Counted from the first letter of the stretch, positions 1-9,710 are shown. The stretch is DNA of 64,000 nt from an uncultured bacterium (GCA_963710755.1 CAVQBK010000002.1:64001-128000), one strand, 5' to 3'. Notes: a model not told the origin generated them from the letters alone. Made by a program: numbers and translations.

Positions 1-88
1 TAATGATTTCACCTTGGCCAGCCGTGCGCAGTTGCTCAAGGAATTTCCGGTCCATGGGGCCATCATTGAGGCACTGACTAAAAGTTGA
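1..88 (+). CDS. 3' end of a gene entering the window (partial, unknown product)
   Basis: Frame from position 2 reads NDFTLASRAQLLKEFPVHGAIIEALTKS then TGA at 86-88. Too short to identify. Confidence 0.45.
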   Translation, partial: NDFTLASRAQLLKEFPVHGAIIEALTKS

Positions 89-217
89 GCCCTGCTCTGG
101 AACGCCACCATAAAATTAACTTGCCTTGCCGCCAACCACGGTGCTTTTGCTTGGTGAAGGTTTTTTCTGTTAATTCCGGTAAGGTACAACTATTTGGGCG
201 CGGTGGGCCCGAGCCAG

Positions 218-793
218 TTACATCGCTAAAAATTGTTTAACTTGACGTAGGGCCTGTTTGCGGTAGGGTTTCAGGGGACTATAAGGACACAATTCGATTT
301 TTTCATGATTGGCCAGTAGCACGTAGAGATTGTAACTTTTCCGGCGAATACCCTGCCAGCGATCAAAGACAGCAGGCAGCGCCGCCATGCTCACCATGAC
401 AATTTGGTTCAAACTCGCTTCCCGGCACTGCACCGGACCAAAAGGACCCTGGTAACGCCAAAGTCGTAACTGATTGGACTTTTTATTGAATTCCACCCGA
501 TCCGGCCTGCCGCCCAACCAAGTCCCCAAAAGACCGGCTACCAGAAAAAAAAAATATAACACACCATGAGCCAGAGGCTCATCGCTTAGCAATACGGCCA
601 CCGTGCCCAGGGCACCCAACATGGTCAGAATAAACACAGACATCCGGAATAGACTGCGTGGTTCCTCCAAAATCAGAATCTGGTCACTCATGTTCTTCAA
701 GGTCATTGCTTTACTCTCTGTTCCCAATCGCGCCGGGATTTTTCTTGCTTTTATTACCGGCATAAACAGGTTTTTTATAAACCCTTGAAGCAC
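218..793 (-). CDS. hypothetical membrane protein (two TM helices plus soluble C-terminal domain)
   Basis: 191-aa ORF with two hydrophobic segments (MSVFILTMLGALGTVAVLL; GVLYFFFLVAGLLGTWLGG). True start may be downstream. Confidence 0.6.
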   Translation of the reverse strand: MLQGFIKNLFMPVIKARKIPARLGTESKAMTLKNMSDQILILEEPRSLFRMSVFILTMLGALGTVAVLLSDEPLAHGVLYFFFLVAGLLGTWLGGRPDRVEFNKKSNQLRLWRYQGPFGPVQCREASLNQIVMVSMAALPAVFDRWQGIRRKSYNLYVLLANHEKIELCPYSPLKPYRKQALRQVKQFLAM

Positions 794-1003
794 AGAGCTA
801 TTGGCGATCGCGGCCCAAAACCATTGTTTAGCATGGAAAGATCAAGACCTAAAGGACTGACCATTGACCTTAGCCGGCACATACAAGTAGTTGAGACCAA
901 GCGAATGGCCAATAGGAATGATTAAAATACCCTGCCATGAATTGCGGGATTAATTGGGAATGGATTAAGCGGGTGCAAACCAAAGGGGGGGGTCTTCCCT
1001 GAT

Positions 1004-1447
1004 TCAGGGTTTGGTGGAGAGCTTGGCGTTGATAAAATCCTTATGGTCGATCCACATTAGGCCTGCAATTTTGCGGATGGCTTCCAGCTCTTGATGGGAA
1101 AGTTCATGATCCGCCCAAGCCAAGGCAAACAAATCCTGGATTATTTTTACCCGTTCCGAATAGTCGCAGGTTTGATTGATCTCGCGAGTAAAACTTTCCC
1201 AATCCAGTCCTTCACTCAAGACCTGGCGTACACTTTTAAATATTTCATCCTGTTCTTCTTTGGTTTTATAACCGCGCCGTTGCAGAATAGCACGCTTGGC
1301 GTCTTCCTCAGCCGGCGTGACCTTGCCATCGGCCTTGGCCACGATGGACAGCAGGGCTCCCAGCACGAGTCGCGCTGTTAAGTCCGGTGTGGGCGTGGTC
1401 TGGGGCTTGGCGGTAATCAGAGTTGACAATCGGTCCAAAATTCCCAT
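1004..1447 (-). CDS. TerB/DjlA-N-like family protein
   Basis: Twin motifs VAKADGKVTPAEE and LAWADHELSHQE are typical of the TerB-like fold. Confidence 0.8.
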   Translation of the reverse strand: MGILDRLSTLITAKPQTTPTPDLTARLVLGALLSIVAKADGKVTPAEEDAKRAILQRRGYKTKEEQDEIFKSVRQVLSEGLDWESFTREINQTCDYSERVKIIQDLFALAWADHELSHQELEAIRKIAGLMWIDHKDFINAKLSTKP

Positions 1448-1462
1448 GTTGTTATCCTTAAT

Positions 1463-2173
1463 TCATAGATTGCGCAGTCCCACCTTTTGGACATAGGGTT
1501 CCGCCAGAGCCTTGAACCGCTCCAAAACCTCTCGTGGATAAGGCGGCCGTTGGCCCAATTCAGAATCATCCAAATGGGTGGGCACAAATTGCTGCAGGTA
1601 ATAAGCCGGTGCTCCGGCAATAAGTTTGGCAATGGTTAAAATATCCTCTTCCCTAACCAGCCCGGGCACACAGGTGGTGCGGAATTCATGGGGAATGGAA
1701 CTGGCCTTTAGAAGCCCTATGGACGCCAATAGACGTTGTTCCGCATCCTTCAGGGTATTAAGTTCGGAGGCGTAGCGATGAGGCGCCATTTTCATATCCA
1801 CGGCCACATAATCCACCAATCCTTCACCCAACACAGCGGCCAGGATATTGGTGCGCAGCCCATTGGTATCCAACTTAATGGCCATGTCCATGAGACGTAA
1901 ATGCCTGAGCAGATGGGTCAACTGAGGGTGAAAAGTGGGCTCGCCGCCGGTCACCACCACCGCGTCAAGTAGTTTTTTCCTGCGATTCAAGGCTTCAATT
2001 AAATCTTCCAAGGATAAATCCTGCAGCCCCGACGGTTGTTCCAGCAGCAGGTGATTATGGCAGAAACTGCAGCGCATGTTGCAGCCCCCCAGAAAAATAA
2101 CCGCCGCTACTTTGCCGGGATAATCAATAAGAGAAGTGCCGATAAATCCTTTGATGCCCTGAATCTTGTTCAT
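1463..2173 (-). CDS. nrdG: anaerobic ribonucleotide reductase activating radical SAM enzyme
   Basis: SLIDYPGK, CNMRCSFCHN (CxxxCxxC), VTGGEPT, KLDTNG, EFRTT. Directly downstream of nrdD. Confidence 0.93.
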   Translation of the reverse strand: MNKIQGIKGFIGTSLIDYPGKVAAVIFLGGCNMRCSFCHNHLLLEQPSGLQDLSLEDLIEALNRRKKLLDAVVVTGGEPTFHPQLTHLLRHLRLMDMAIKLDTNGLRTNILAAVLGEGLVDYVAVDMKMAPHRYASELNTLKDAEQRLLASIGLLKASSIPHEFRTTCVPGLVREEDILTIAKLIAGAPAYYLQQFVPTHLDDSELGQRPPYPREVLERFKALAEPYVQKVGLRNL

Positions 2174-2176
2174 GCC

Positions 2177-2314
2177 TTAATTTTCCTTTGCCACCACAAA
2201 TTCTTTGCGGTCTTTAAATTCTTCCCGTTTACCCTTATTCCATTGCTGAACAGGTCTGAAATAACCAACAACCCGTGAATAAACTTCGGTTTTTTCCATG
2301 CATTTTTTTGCCAT
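2177..2314 (-). CDS. stand-alone NrdD glycyl-radical domain, 45 aa (not in ORF track)
   Basis: Manual translation gives MAKKCMEKTEVYSRVVGYFRPVQQWNKGKREEFKDRKEFVVAKEN, with the RVVGY glycyl-radical motif. Its ATG overlaps the nrdD stop (TAATG) and AGGGGG lies upstream. Confidence 0.92.
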   Translation of the reverse strand: MAKKCMEKTEVYSRVVGYFRPVQQWNKGKREEFKDRKEFVVAKEN

Positions 2315-4416
2315 TATACCATGACCCCCTTCTCCTGCTGATGATTTTTAATGGGCATCGATTCCACCACCACACCGGATTGTTCCTGGGAATGGTGGCG
2401 GCTCTCGCCGGATTCCTGGAAGGCTGCTTCTTCTTTATCGTAAGGACAAACGTGATGCTCCCCGGCAATATACCCATGGACCGGACAAATGGAGAAGGTA
2501 GGCGTTATAGTGAAATAAGGCAGATGATAGTTTTCCGCGATACGGCGTACCAAGGCCTTGCAGCTCTCCGGATCATCGATACTCTCCCCCAGAAAGATAT
2601 GCAGTACCGTGCCGCCCGTATATTTGGTTTGCAGGGGATCCTGATGTTCCAGGGCTTCAAAGACATCCTCTGTGGCGCCCACCGGCAACTGGGTGGAATT
2701 GGTGTAATAAGGCTCTTCCTGGCCGGAAGCAATGATATCCGGAAATTCCTGACGATCCAGACGGGCAAAACGATAAGAGGTGCCTTCCCCGGGGGTGGCT
2801 TCCAAGTTGAAAAAATCGCCTTCTTGCTCCTGATATTCCTGAATACGTTGACGCATGATGTTCAGGGTTTTTTCCGCCAAAGCCTTGCCCTCAGGGGACA
2901 TGATGTCCTTGCCCAGTAAATTCAGACCGGCTTCATGCATGCCGTTGAGCCCGATGGTGGAAAAATGATTGGCCCAATACCTTCCGGTACGCTGTTTGAC
3001 CGCAGAGAGATAATATTTGGAATAGGGATAAAGGTTGTTCTCCGTATAGCGTTCCAGAATCTTCCGCTTGATTTGCAAGCTTTCCTTGGCAATATCCATA
3101 AGGTTGAGCACACGGGTATGAAATTCCTCTTCCGTGGACGAAAGATAAGCAGCTCTGACCAGATTGATGGTTACCACACCCAAGCTTCCGGTTAAAGGAT
3201 TGGCGCCAAAGAGCCCGCCGCCCCGTTTACGCAATTCGCGGTTATCCAGTCTCAAGCGGCAGCACATAGACCGGGCGTCTTCTGGATCCATGTCACTGTT
3301 GATGAAGTTGGCAAAATAGGGAATACCGTATTTGGCGGTCATGCCCATTATTTCTTTCATAATAGGCGCTTCCCAGTTGAAATCAGCGGAGAGGTTGTAG
3401 GTAGGAATGGGGAAGGTGAAAATCCGGCCCTGGGCATCGCCCTTCATCATAACCTCGCAAAAAGCACGGTTAATCATGTCCATTTCCTTTTGGAAATCCC
3501 CGTAGGTGTCCTCTTGCATGTCGCCGCCAATAATGACGGGTTCATTTTTCATATTCTTGGGAACTTGTAAATCAAGGGTGATATTGGTAAAGGGCGTTTG
3601 GAAACCCACACGGGTGGGTACATTGACATTAAAAATGAATTCCTGCATGCTCTGGACCACATCATCGTAACTGAGACCGTCCTTGGCAACAAAAGGTGCC
3701 AAATAGGTATCAAAATTGGAAAAAGCCTGAGCGCCGGCAGCCTCACCCTGTAGGGTGAAAAAGAAATTACAAATCTGCCCCAGGACACTGCGGAAATGCT
3801 TGGGCGGTTTGCTCTCAGTTTTGCCGTAAGCGCCGCGCAGGCCTTTTAAAAGCAGGTCCCTCAGATCCCAACCGCAACAATAACCTGACAACGAACCTAA
3901 ATCATGAATATGAATATCACCATTGAGGTGGGCATTGCGGACTTTTTCCGAGTAGACTTCTTCCAGCCAATATTGGGAAACCAGAATGGCCGTAATGTGG
4001 TTGTTCATTCCCTGCAGGGAATAGCTCATGTTGGAATTTTCTTTGATACGCCAGTCATTTTTACCCAGATAATTGTCGATCAATTCGTTGGCTGAAGAAA
4101 AGAGCTCCTGGGTTTGACGCAGTTTGCTGTGCTGAGCCCGGTAAAGGATATAGGCCTTGGAGACATCCTGATAGCCTTCATCCATCAAGGTGGTTTCCAC
4201 GATATCCTGAACATTTTCAACCGTGGGAATATGGTCTTGCTTGTAAACCGCTTTTAGAATATTGCAGACCCGGCGCGTTACAGCTTGGGCCTGTTCCAGG
4301 CGATGCTTGCCCACGGCAGCCATGGCCCGGTAAACAGCATTAACTATCTTCTGTTCGTCAAAATGAACAAGCCGTCCGTCACGTTTTCTAATCTGAGTGA
4401 TATTCTGCTGCTGCAT
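2314..4416 (-). CDS. nrdD: class III ribonucleoside-triphosphate reductase large chain with N-terminal ATP cone, lacking the glycyl-radical C-terminus
   Basis: ATP cone IRKRDGR; HIHDL, YCCG, SMCCRL, NLEATPGEG, YTGGT, CPVHG..CPY. Likely start is ATG 4416. Confidence 0.95.
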   Translation of the reverse strand: MQQQNITQIRKRDGRLVHFDEQKIVNAVYRAMAAVGKHRLEQAQAVTRRVCNILKAVYKQDHIPTVENVQDIVETTLMDEGYQDVSKAYILYRAQHSKLRQTQELFSSANELIDNYLGKNDWRIKENSNMSYSLQGMNNHITAILVSQYWLEEVYSEKVRNAHLNGDIHIHDLGSLSGYCCGWDLRDLLLKGLRGAYGKTESKPPKHFRSVLGQICNFFFTLQGEAAGAQAFSNFDTYLAPFVAKDGLSYDDVVQSMQEFIFNVNVPTRVGFQTPFTNITLDLQVPKNMKNEPVIIGGDMQEDTYGDFQKEMDMINRAFCEVMMKGDAQGRIFTFPIPTYNLSADFNWEAPIMKEIMGMTAKYGIPYFANFINSDMDPEDARSMCCRLRLDNRELRKRGGGLFGANPLTGSLGVVTINLVRAAYLSSTEEEFHTRVLNLMDIAKESLQIKRKILERYTENNLYPYSKYYLSAVKQRTGRYWANHFSTIGLNGMHEAGLNLLGKDIMSPEGKALAEKTLNIMRQRIQEYQEQEGDFFNLEATPGEGTSYRFARLDRQEFPDIIASGQEEPYYTNSTQLPVGATEDVFEALEHQDPLQTKYTGGTVLHIFLGESIDDPESCKALVRRIAENYHLPYFTITPTFSICPVHGYIAGEHHVCPYDKEEAAFQESGESRHHSQEQSGVVVESMPIKNHQQEKGVMV

Positions 4417-4510
4417 CAAAAAACGCCCCCCCACCCTCAAATTGTAGCCTTTACAGTTGTTTTCATGCGATTGCTTTCGTTTTTTTAATTGCAGTTGGTA
4501 AAATAGGAAA

Positions 4511-4526
4511 TCACAATATATTGTGG
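4511..4526. promoter_or_regulatory. NrdR box 1
   Basis: tCACAATATATTGTGg is a perfect 14-bp palindrome matching the NrdR consensus acaCwAtATaTwGtg, upstream of nrdD. Confidence 0.85.
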
Positions 4527-4543
4527 AATCGCTCCGGCCTTCG

Positions 4544-4559
4544 CTACTATATATTTGAT
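4544..4559. promoter_or_regulatory. NrdR box 2 (degenerate)
   Basis: ctactatatatttgat, 33 bp from box 1. Tandem boxes are usual for NrdR. Confidence 0.55.
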
Positions 4560-4791
4560 ATTTTGGGTTGTCAACGAGTTTTTTAGCCTTATATTTTAAG
4601 GCTAATTCTTGACCCCCTGCAGGTAAGGCTTGTGGGCACAGGATTTTTTAAAGGTCCCTTGTATTATTTTAAAAAGACAACCGTGTAAAATAATTTGCCC
4701 TGGCCTTGTGAGTGTTTAGTTCCTGGCGTGGCAGCAGGTCCTTTTGATCTCAACAAAATATTCCACCTTCTATCACCCCAAAGCATCCCCC

Positions 4792-6213
4792 TTACTTGGG
4801 GGATGCTTTGGGGGTCCTCTTCTTCACACTTTTTTTAGTGGATTTTGACCTTGCAGTCTTGCTGGATTTTTTGGAGACTTTGGGGGTTACTTTTTTTCGG
4901 GCCGAACGTTTGGTGCTCACCTTTTTAGTGACTTTACCGGAACCAACGTTGGCGGTAGAGGCTGTCTTATCAAGCGTCGTTACTTTTTCCAGCGACCCTT
5001 GTTCCTGCTCTTTAACCGGCGGCATTGGCCGTTGCCCCAAAGACGGTTTACGGTCTTTTTGAAAAACAGTGTTCCCCGGCCGTTCAATAATCATGAGCCA
5101 TAGGGCGCCGCTTCCAAAAATCACCACCACCAAATTGATAAGGCTGTTTAGCAAGGGAATAAACCCAATCAAGGTTAATAAGGCCAGCCCAATGGCCATA
5201 CCCAGCATGAACTTGCCCGGTGTGCGATCACTGGCCTTAAAGATCTTCTGCCCCAACCATAAGGCAATACCCAGTTTGGAAAATACCAATAAGACCAGAT
5301 AAAAGAAGACGAGCACCAAAGCCAGCGGAATGCCGACAACCGTAATGAGAAGAATGATGGTTAAAACAGGCAACCCTAAAATTACAGCCAAGCCCCATCC
5401 CAAGGTGGGTAAAGGCTTGGTATTAATCAGATCGGTGTAGCGTTGACAGGCGCGCGGCCACAAGGCAATAACCAGGAGACCCACTGCCAGCAAGGCCAAA
5501 AACACGGTCAAGTTATAGACCAATGTAAATAGAAACCACCAATGACCAAGGTTAAAAAGCCAATTTTGAGAAGGCGCCGGTGGCAGGGATTTTTTCCAGG
5601 TGATAGTGCCTTTCACTTGTTGACTGAGCTTCGGCCCCAGCCGTTCGGGGGTACTGTAAGTTAAATGCCCGTAAATGCTGGCATTAGGTCCCAGGACCAG
5701 AGATTTGGTCTTGATGGTCACATCATTCATAAGGGTACCGTTCAAAATGATCTTTTCGCTGTTAATGGTAACCGGTCCCTGGATAACACCGTCAAGGATC
5801 GTGCTGCCGGCCAAAATAAAGGCATCACTGCCCACGGTGGCATCGCGGTGCAGCCTCAGTTCATTGCCGATAAACAGGAGGCTCCCAGAAACTTTAGCCG
5901 CCACCATGGCTTTGTTACCCATCAGGCGGAGATCATCGCCCACCTCACCCTTAATTTCTCCGTCGCTGACCAGCAGATTTAAATCCTGACCCACCACGCC
6001 CCAAAAAAAAGCGGTTCTGGCCACGGCCCATACATCCTGCAGGGCGCTGCCGTAAAAATTGATCAACTCTCCGGCCATGTACAAATCTTCGGTAATGATG
6101 TCTTGGCGTTCCACAATGATCTTTTCACCGTTTTTAAAGATCATGGCTCGATTGACCGCTGGCAGACACAGGCCAAAGACCAGCAATAACAGGATGGTCA
6201 TCGTTTTTTTCAT
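4792..6213 (-). CDS. bactofilin-like beta-helix repeat membrane protein with Lys-rich C-terminal tail
   Basis: AAGGAG RBS before ATG 6213; signal peptide; repeats such as GEVGDDL and ATVGSDA; multi-TM block containing ITVVGIPLAL; K/S/T-rich tail. Confidence 0.75.
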   Translation of the reverse strand: MKKTMTILLLLVFGLCLPAVNRAMIFKNGEKIIVERQDIITEDLYMAGELINFYGSALQDVWAVARTAFFWGVVGQDLNLLVSDGEIKGEVGDDLRLMGNKAMVAAKVSGSLLFIGNELRLHRDATVGSDAFILAGSTILDGVIQGPVTINSEKIILNGTLMNDVTIKTKSLVLGPNASIYGHLTYSTPERLGPKLSQQVKGTITWKKSLPPAPSQNWLFNLGHWWFLFTLVYNLTVFLALLAVGLLVIALWPRACQRYTDLINTKPLPTLGWGLAVILGLPVLTIILLITVVGIPLALVLVFFYLVLLVFSKLGIALWLGQKIFKASDRTPGKFMLGMAIGLALLTLIGFIPLLNSLINLVVVIFGSGALWLMIIERPGNTVFQKDRKPSLGQRPMPPVKEQEQGSLEKVTTLDKTASTANVGSGKVTKKVSTKRSARKKVTPKVSKKSSKTARSKSTKKSVKKRTPKASPK

Positions 6214-6300
6214 GGTCACGCTCCTTGGGACCGACGTTGGCTTGCCGGGGCTGATTGCCCGGATGGCCACATTATTCCACAGGCCCCAGCGTTTATAAAT

Positions 6301-6337
6301 AAAAAAAATCCCTCCTGACCACTGGGATCAGGAGGGA
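6301..6337 (-). terminator. intrinsic terminator after the DUF4340 gene
   Basis: Stem tccctcctga/tcaggaggga followed on the minus strand by T8. Confidence 0.8.
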
Positions 6338-6357
6338 GTCATGGTCCCCAGAGGAAA

Positions 6358-7332
6358 TCAGAGGGTAAATTCTTTTAAAGATTTAAGCAGGTTTTTCCCT
6401 TGGTAATCAGAAATTTCGTAAAGCACCTGGTCTGAGGGGCCTTTGACCAGATAGACTTGCCGTTTTTTGTCATAGGATAAAATGCTTAGCCGATATATCT
6501 GGCTGCTGGTTTTAACCGTAAGCTCGCCCAAGGGGCGTTTGGGCAGGTCTCTTTTTCCATCCATCAACGCCGAGGCGGAGAGGCGGGTAAACGTATTAAG
6601 AAATTGGTCAACTTTGGCTTGATTGAGGGGCTTTTTCACCCCGGCAGTTTTCCAAATCATCTTGGAAGGTAATGCCGGTGGGGTTACACCTTGAGCGCTG
6701 TCCTTGACAATGGTTGGGGCCACTTCCTCTTCTTTGGTCATCTTCAATTTTTTCCTGCCTCTTTGATCAATTTCAATGCTCTGGACTTCATCACGGGAGA
6801 AATCAAAAATCTTCAGGCTTCGCCAATCTTCGGGTTTGTAATTAAAATATTGGGTGAACGTCCCCAGGACCTGATAGACCGCCGGATTGCCCTTTAATTG
6901 GGCAAAGGTGTGGCTATGATCACTATTGGCCTCCCCCAGATAAAGTCCAGTGGTTTTACCTTTTTGATCGGTCAGTTGAAGGTACCGGGCTGCCGGAGTG
7001 TTGAGACCAAAATCCGCAGCCGCTTCGGAGGAATCGGAAATTTTGTCGGTAAGCCGCATATCTGCGATCGTGCGGGTCAGGGTGTTCATTTTGCCAGCAT
7101 CAGCTGCAAACGTAAAGGGAGCCACAATCATCCACTCCTGACCTTTTTTTTCAAAGGTCAACTGGCCCGAGGGTTGGTCCAGTTCTATTTTTTTAAGATC
7201 TTCCACAGCCGGAACGTTGAAGGCCGGCAGTTTAACGGTGTTGTAGCCACGTTGTCCGGTTTGGGTAAAGAGTACATAACCCAACAACAACACGAACAGC
7301 CCCGTCAGAATGTAAAGTCGTTTATTTTTCAC
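6358..7332 (-). CDS. DUF4340 domain protein
   Basis: N-terminal TM; W.IVAP...AD, FGL..P and WRSLKIFDF motifs; usual position after a GldG-like gene. Confidence 0.8.
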   Translation of the reverse strand: MKNKRLYILTGLFVLLLGYVLFTQTGQRGYNTVKLPAFNVPAVEDLKKIELDQPSGQLTFEKKGQEWMIVAPFTFAADAGKMNTLTRTIADMRLTDKISDSSEAAADFGLNTPAARYLQLTDQKGKTTGLYLGEANSDHSHTFAQLKGNPAVYQVLGTFTQYFNYKPEDWRSLKIFDFSRDEVQSIEIDQRGRKKLKMTKEEEVAPTIVKDSAQGVTPPALPSKMIWKTAGVKKPLNQAKVDQFLNTFTRLSASALMDGKRDLPKRPLGELTVKTSSQIYRLSILSYDKKRQVYLVKGPSDQVLYEISDYQGKNLLKSLKEFTL

Positions 7333-7351
7333 TGTTGCACCTCCTAGTTAA

Positions 7352-8935
7352 TTAATGCTGCTGATGCATCATAGCTGCGATCCTGAGGCGCCGGTGCTCA
7401 AAGCGGCGCCACATGAGAATGCCGGCCAGAATCACCAACAAGGGCAGGCCGATCCAATTAAAATATTTGATTAATTGCCGCTGGGCATCGGGAATATCAC
7501 CGATGGCTGCGGAAGACAATCCCTTGCTGCGGATCTCAATCAGGGCCGAATCCTGGGCCACCCAGTCAATAATATTTTGGGTCACCTGTACCAATTGGGA
7601 TCCGCTGCGACGGGGATCAATAAAATCATTGCCCATAAAATCAGAGCCGCCCACCACCAGCAGCCGCGAAGACTTGGCCTGATCGGAGGCAGCCGTATCT
7701 TTGGAAAAGGCACTGGGAAAAGTACCGGTCAAGGCCACCATCAAATCGACTTGTTTGTAATCTCCGGGATTTTTAGGGGGTTGAATGAACTGAGGAGAAA
7801 GCATGAAAAACTGGCTTTGTAGCCAGGCATATTTGGAGCTGCGGGCAATTACATCCGCCTGCAATTGATTGTTCTTGATCACCTCGTCATTAAGCTCAAG
7901 GGCGCTCACAAAAGGTAACGTGAACGATTCAATCCCTTTGACAATCAATTGATTCTGATCCAGGTTGGTCACCAGGGGAAAGGCGGGGTAAGGAATAATA
8001 TTTTGCATAACAAACCCCGGCCCCTGCTGGGCTACCGTAATTTTCTGACATTGCCGGTCATAAACCAGGTTGGGTTCTACTTTCACGCCCCAGCTGGACA
8101 CTAATGGCGCCAGGCCGGAGTTGACCAGTTTACCCTGCAAGGTAGTCTTGACGTCAGCATCCACCATTTTGACCAACATGGCCAGGCTTTTTCCTGATCT
8201 TAAAAACCGATCCAATTCCTTTTGTTTGGCCTCGGGGATCATGGTGGTGGGCCCGGCCACCACCAAGGCATCCAGCTGTTGTGGAATGGACTCTCGGCTC
8301 AAGTCCACAGGCATCACTTCATAATTTTTTGAGAGCAGCTGGTTAAGGTTGCTCAAATCCCCATCCAGAGCCGGTTCCCCGTAGCCTTGGGTAATGCCGA
8401 TGACTTTCATTTTGGTTTGAATCAATTTTTTAATGGTACTCGACAGTTTATATTCCAGACCGTTCGTGTCCTGGATCAGGGGGATGACCTCCTTGCGGTC
8501 CCGGTAAATGAAGGCCACGCCCATGTAACCATTCTTCTGCTCAAATTTGTCCTTGGCAATCTGGGTTAGCTGCACACCGTAAACGCCCAGGCTGCGGGCT
8601 TCCTTTTCATAGGACGGGTCGTCAGCCGGATCAATGAACTGGTAATTAAACTTGCCGTGCGAATAGGTCCGGTATTCGTCGAGCAGATCGCGCAAATAGC
8701 GTTCATTGGCATTATAGGGTGCAGGCAAATTCTTAGTAAAGAAGGCCTTAACGGTCATAGGATCTTTCAGTTCACCCATGTACGTTTTGGAAATTTTGGA
8801 AAGCGAGTAGGAATGATTTTTAGTCAGATCGAGGCGGAAAAAGGTCCGCATGGAAATGATATTGATTAAAATCACAATACCCACCATAATTAGAAAACTG
8901 GTTAATTCCTGGCGTGCCCGTTCCTGAAATGTCAT
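7352..8935 (-). CDS. GldG-like ABC transporter auxiliary component
   Basis: RLDLTKNHSYSLS, LEYKLSSTI, GYGEP, NIIDW...LIEIRSK; N- and C-terminal TMs; AAGGAGG before ATG 8935. Confidence 0.85.
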   Translation of the reverse strand: MTFQERARQELTSFLIMVGIVILINIISMRTFFRLDLTKNHSYSLSKISKTYMGELKDPMTVKAFFTKNLPAPYNANERYLRDLLDEYRTYSHGKFNYQFIDPADDPSYEKEARSLGVYGVQLTQIAKDKFEQKNGYMGVAFIYRDRKEVIPLIQDTNGLEYKLSSTIKKLIQTKMKVIGITQGYGEPALDGDLSNLNQLLSKNYEVMPVDLSRESIPQQLDALVVAGPTTMIPEAKQKELDRFLRSGKSLAMLVKMVDADVKTTLQGKLVNSGLAPLVSSWGVKVEPNLVYDRQCQKITVAQQGPGFVMQNIIPYPAFPLVTNLDQNQLIVKGIESFTLPFVSALELNDEVIKNNQLQADVIARSSKYAWLQSQFFMLSPQFIQPPKNPGDYKQVDLMVALTGTFPSAFSKDTAASDQAKSSRLLVVGGSDFMGNDFIDPRRSGSQLVQVTQNIIDWVAQDSALIEIRSKGLSSAAIGDIPDAQRQLIKYFNWIGLPLLVILAGILMWRRFEHRRLRIAAMMHQQH

Positions 8936-8936
8936 C

Positions 8937-9710
8937 TTATTTCCTCCTTGCAAGAATCAAGCGTGTCCCGGCCAGGGTCACGACCAGAATGGACAAGAAA
9001 TAAATCACATCTTTGCTGTCAATAACCCCGCGGGAGAAGTTCTGAAAATGATAATCACTGCCCAGGTATTGGAATAATCCCACCAGAGGCGCGGGGATAA
9101 ACAACAGGATTTTGTCCATCAGAAAAAGAAGAAAACAGGCCGCGAAGCCCAGGATAAAAGCTACAATTTGATTCTTGGTAAGCGAGGAGCTGAGCAACCC
9201 TATGGCCAGATAAGCCCCGCCCAATAAGAGCAGGCCAAAATAACCTGCCCAGACCGCACCCCAATCGAGCGGTCCCAGCGTGGCAATGGTGATGGGGTAG
9301 CTCAAAGTAACGGCCAGGGTAATCGCCAGAAAGGCCAGAGCCGCCAGAAATTTGCCCATCAGCATCTGGGTAATACTCACGGGCAGAGTCATGAGCATTT
9401 CAAAAGAACCACTATTAAGTTCTTCCGAAAGCAGGCGCATGGTAATGGCCGGCGCCAGAAACATCAGCAGCAGCGGGGCCATACTGAAATAGGCCCTTAA
9501 TTCCAATTGGCCGTAAAGGAAAAAGCGGGAGAAGAAAAACCATCCCGAGAAAATCAGATAGATCACCATCACCACGTAGGCAATGGGAGAATAAAAATAG
9601 GAATAGAGTTCTTTTTTAATCAATCCCAGGACCGGCGGCCAAAAGGTTTTCCAGGCAGCGCCGGGCTGGCCCGTGGTCGCCGCAGTAGGACTTGCCGTAG
9701 TTTCACTCAT
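8937..9710 (-). CDS. GldF-like ABC-2 permease
   Basis: KKELYSYFYSPIAY, PAITMRLLSEE..SGSFEMLMTLP, GKFLA, TKNQIVA. Confidence 0.9.
   Translation of the reverse strand: MSETTASPTAATTGQPGAAWKTFWPPVLGLIKKELYSYFYSPIAYVVMVIYLIFSGWFFFSRFFLYGQLELRAYFSMAPLLLMFLAPAITMRLLSEELNSGSFEMLMTLPVSITQMLMGKFLAALAFLAITLAVTLSYPITIATLGPLDWGAVWAGYFGLLLLGGAYLAIGLLSSSLTKNQIVAFILGFAACFLLFLMDKILLFIPAPLVGLFQYLGSDYHFQNFSRGVIDSKDVIYFLSILVVTLAGTRLILARRK

Noticed and set aside
2300-2330. nrdD as a frameshifted pseudogene
   Set aside because: The clean TAATG coupling, RBS, intact nrdG and NrdR boxes favour a genuine split. Read-level confirmation is still needed.
2235-2477. 80-aa ORF-track call overlapping the nrdD end
   Set aside because: Wrong frame. 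The real small gene is 2177-2314 with the RVVGY motif.
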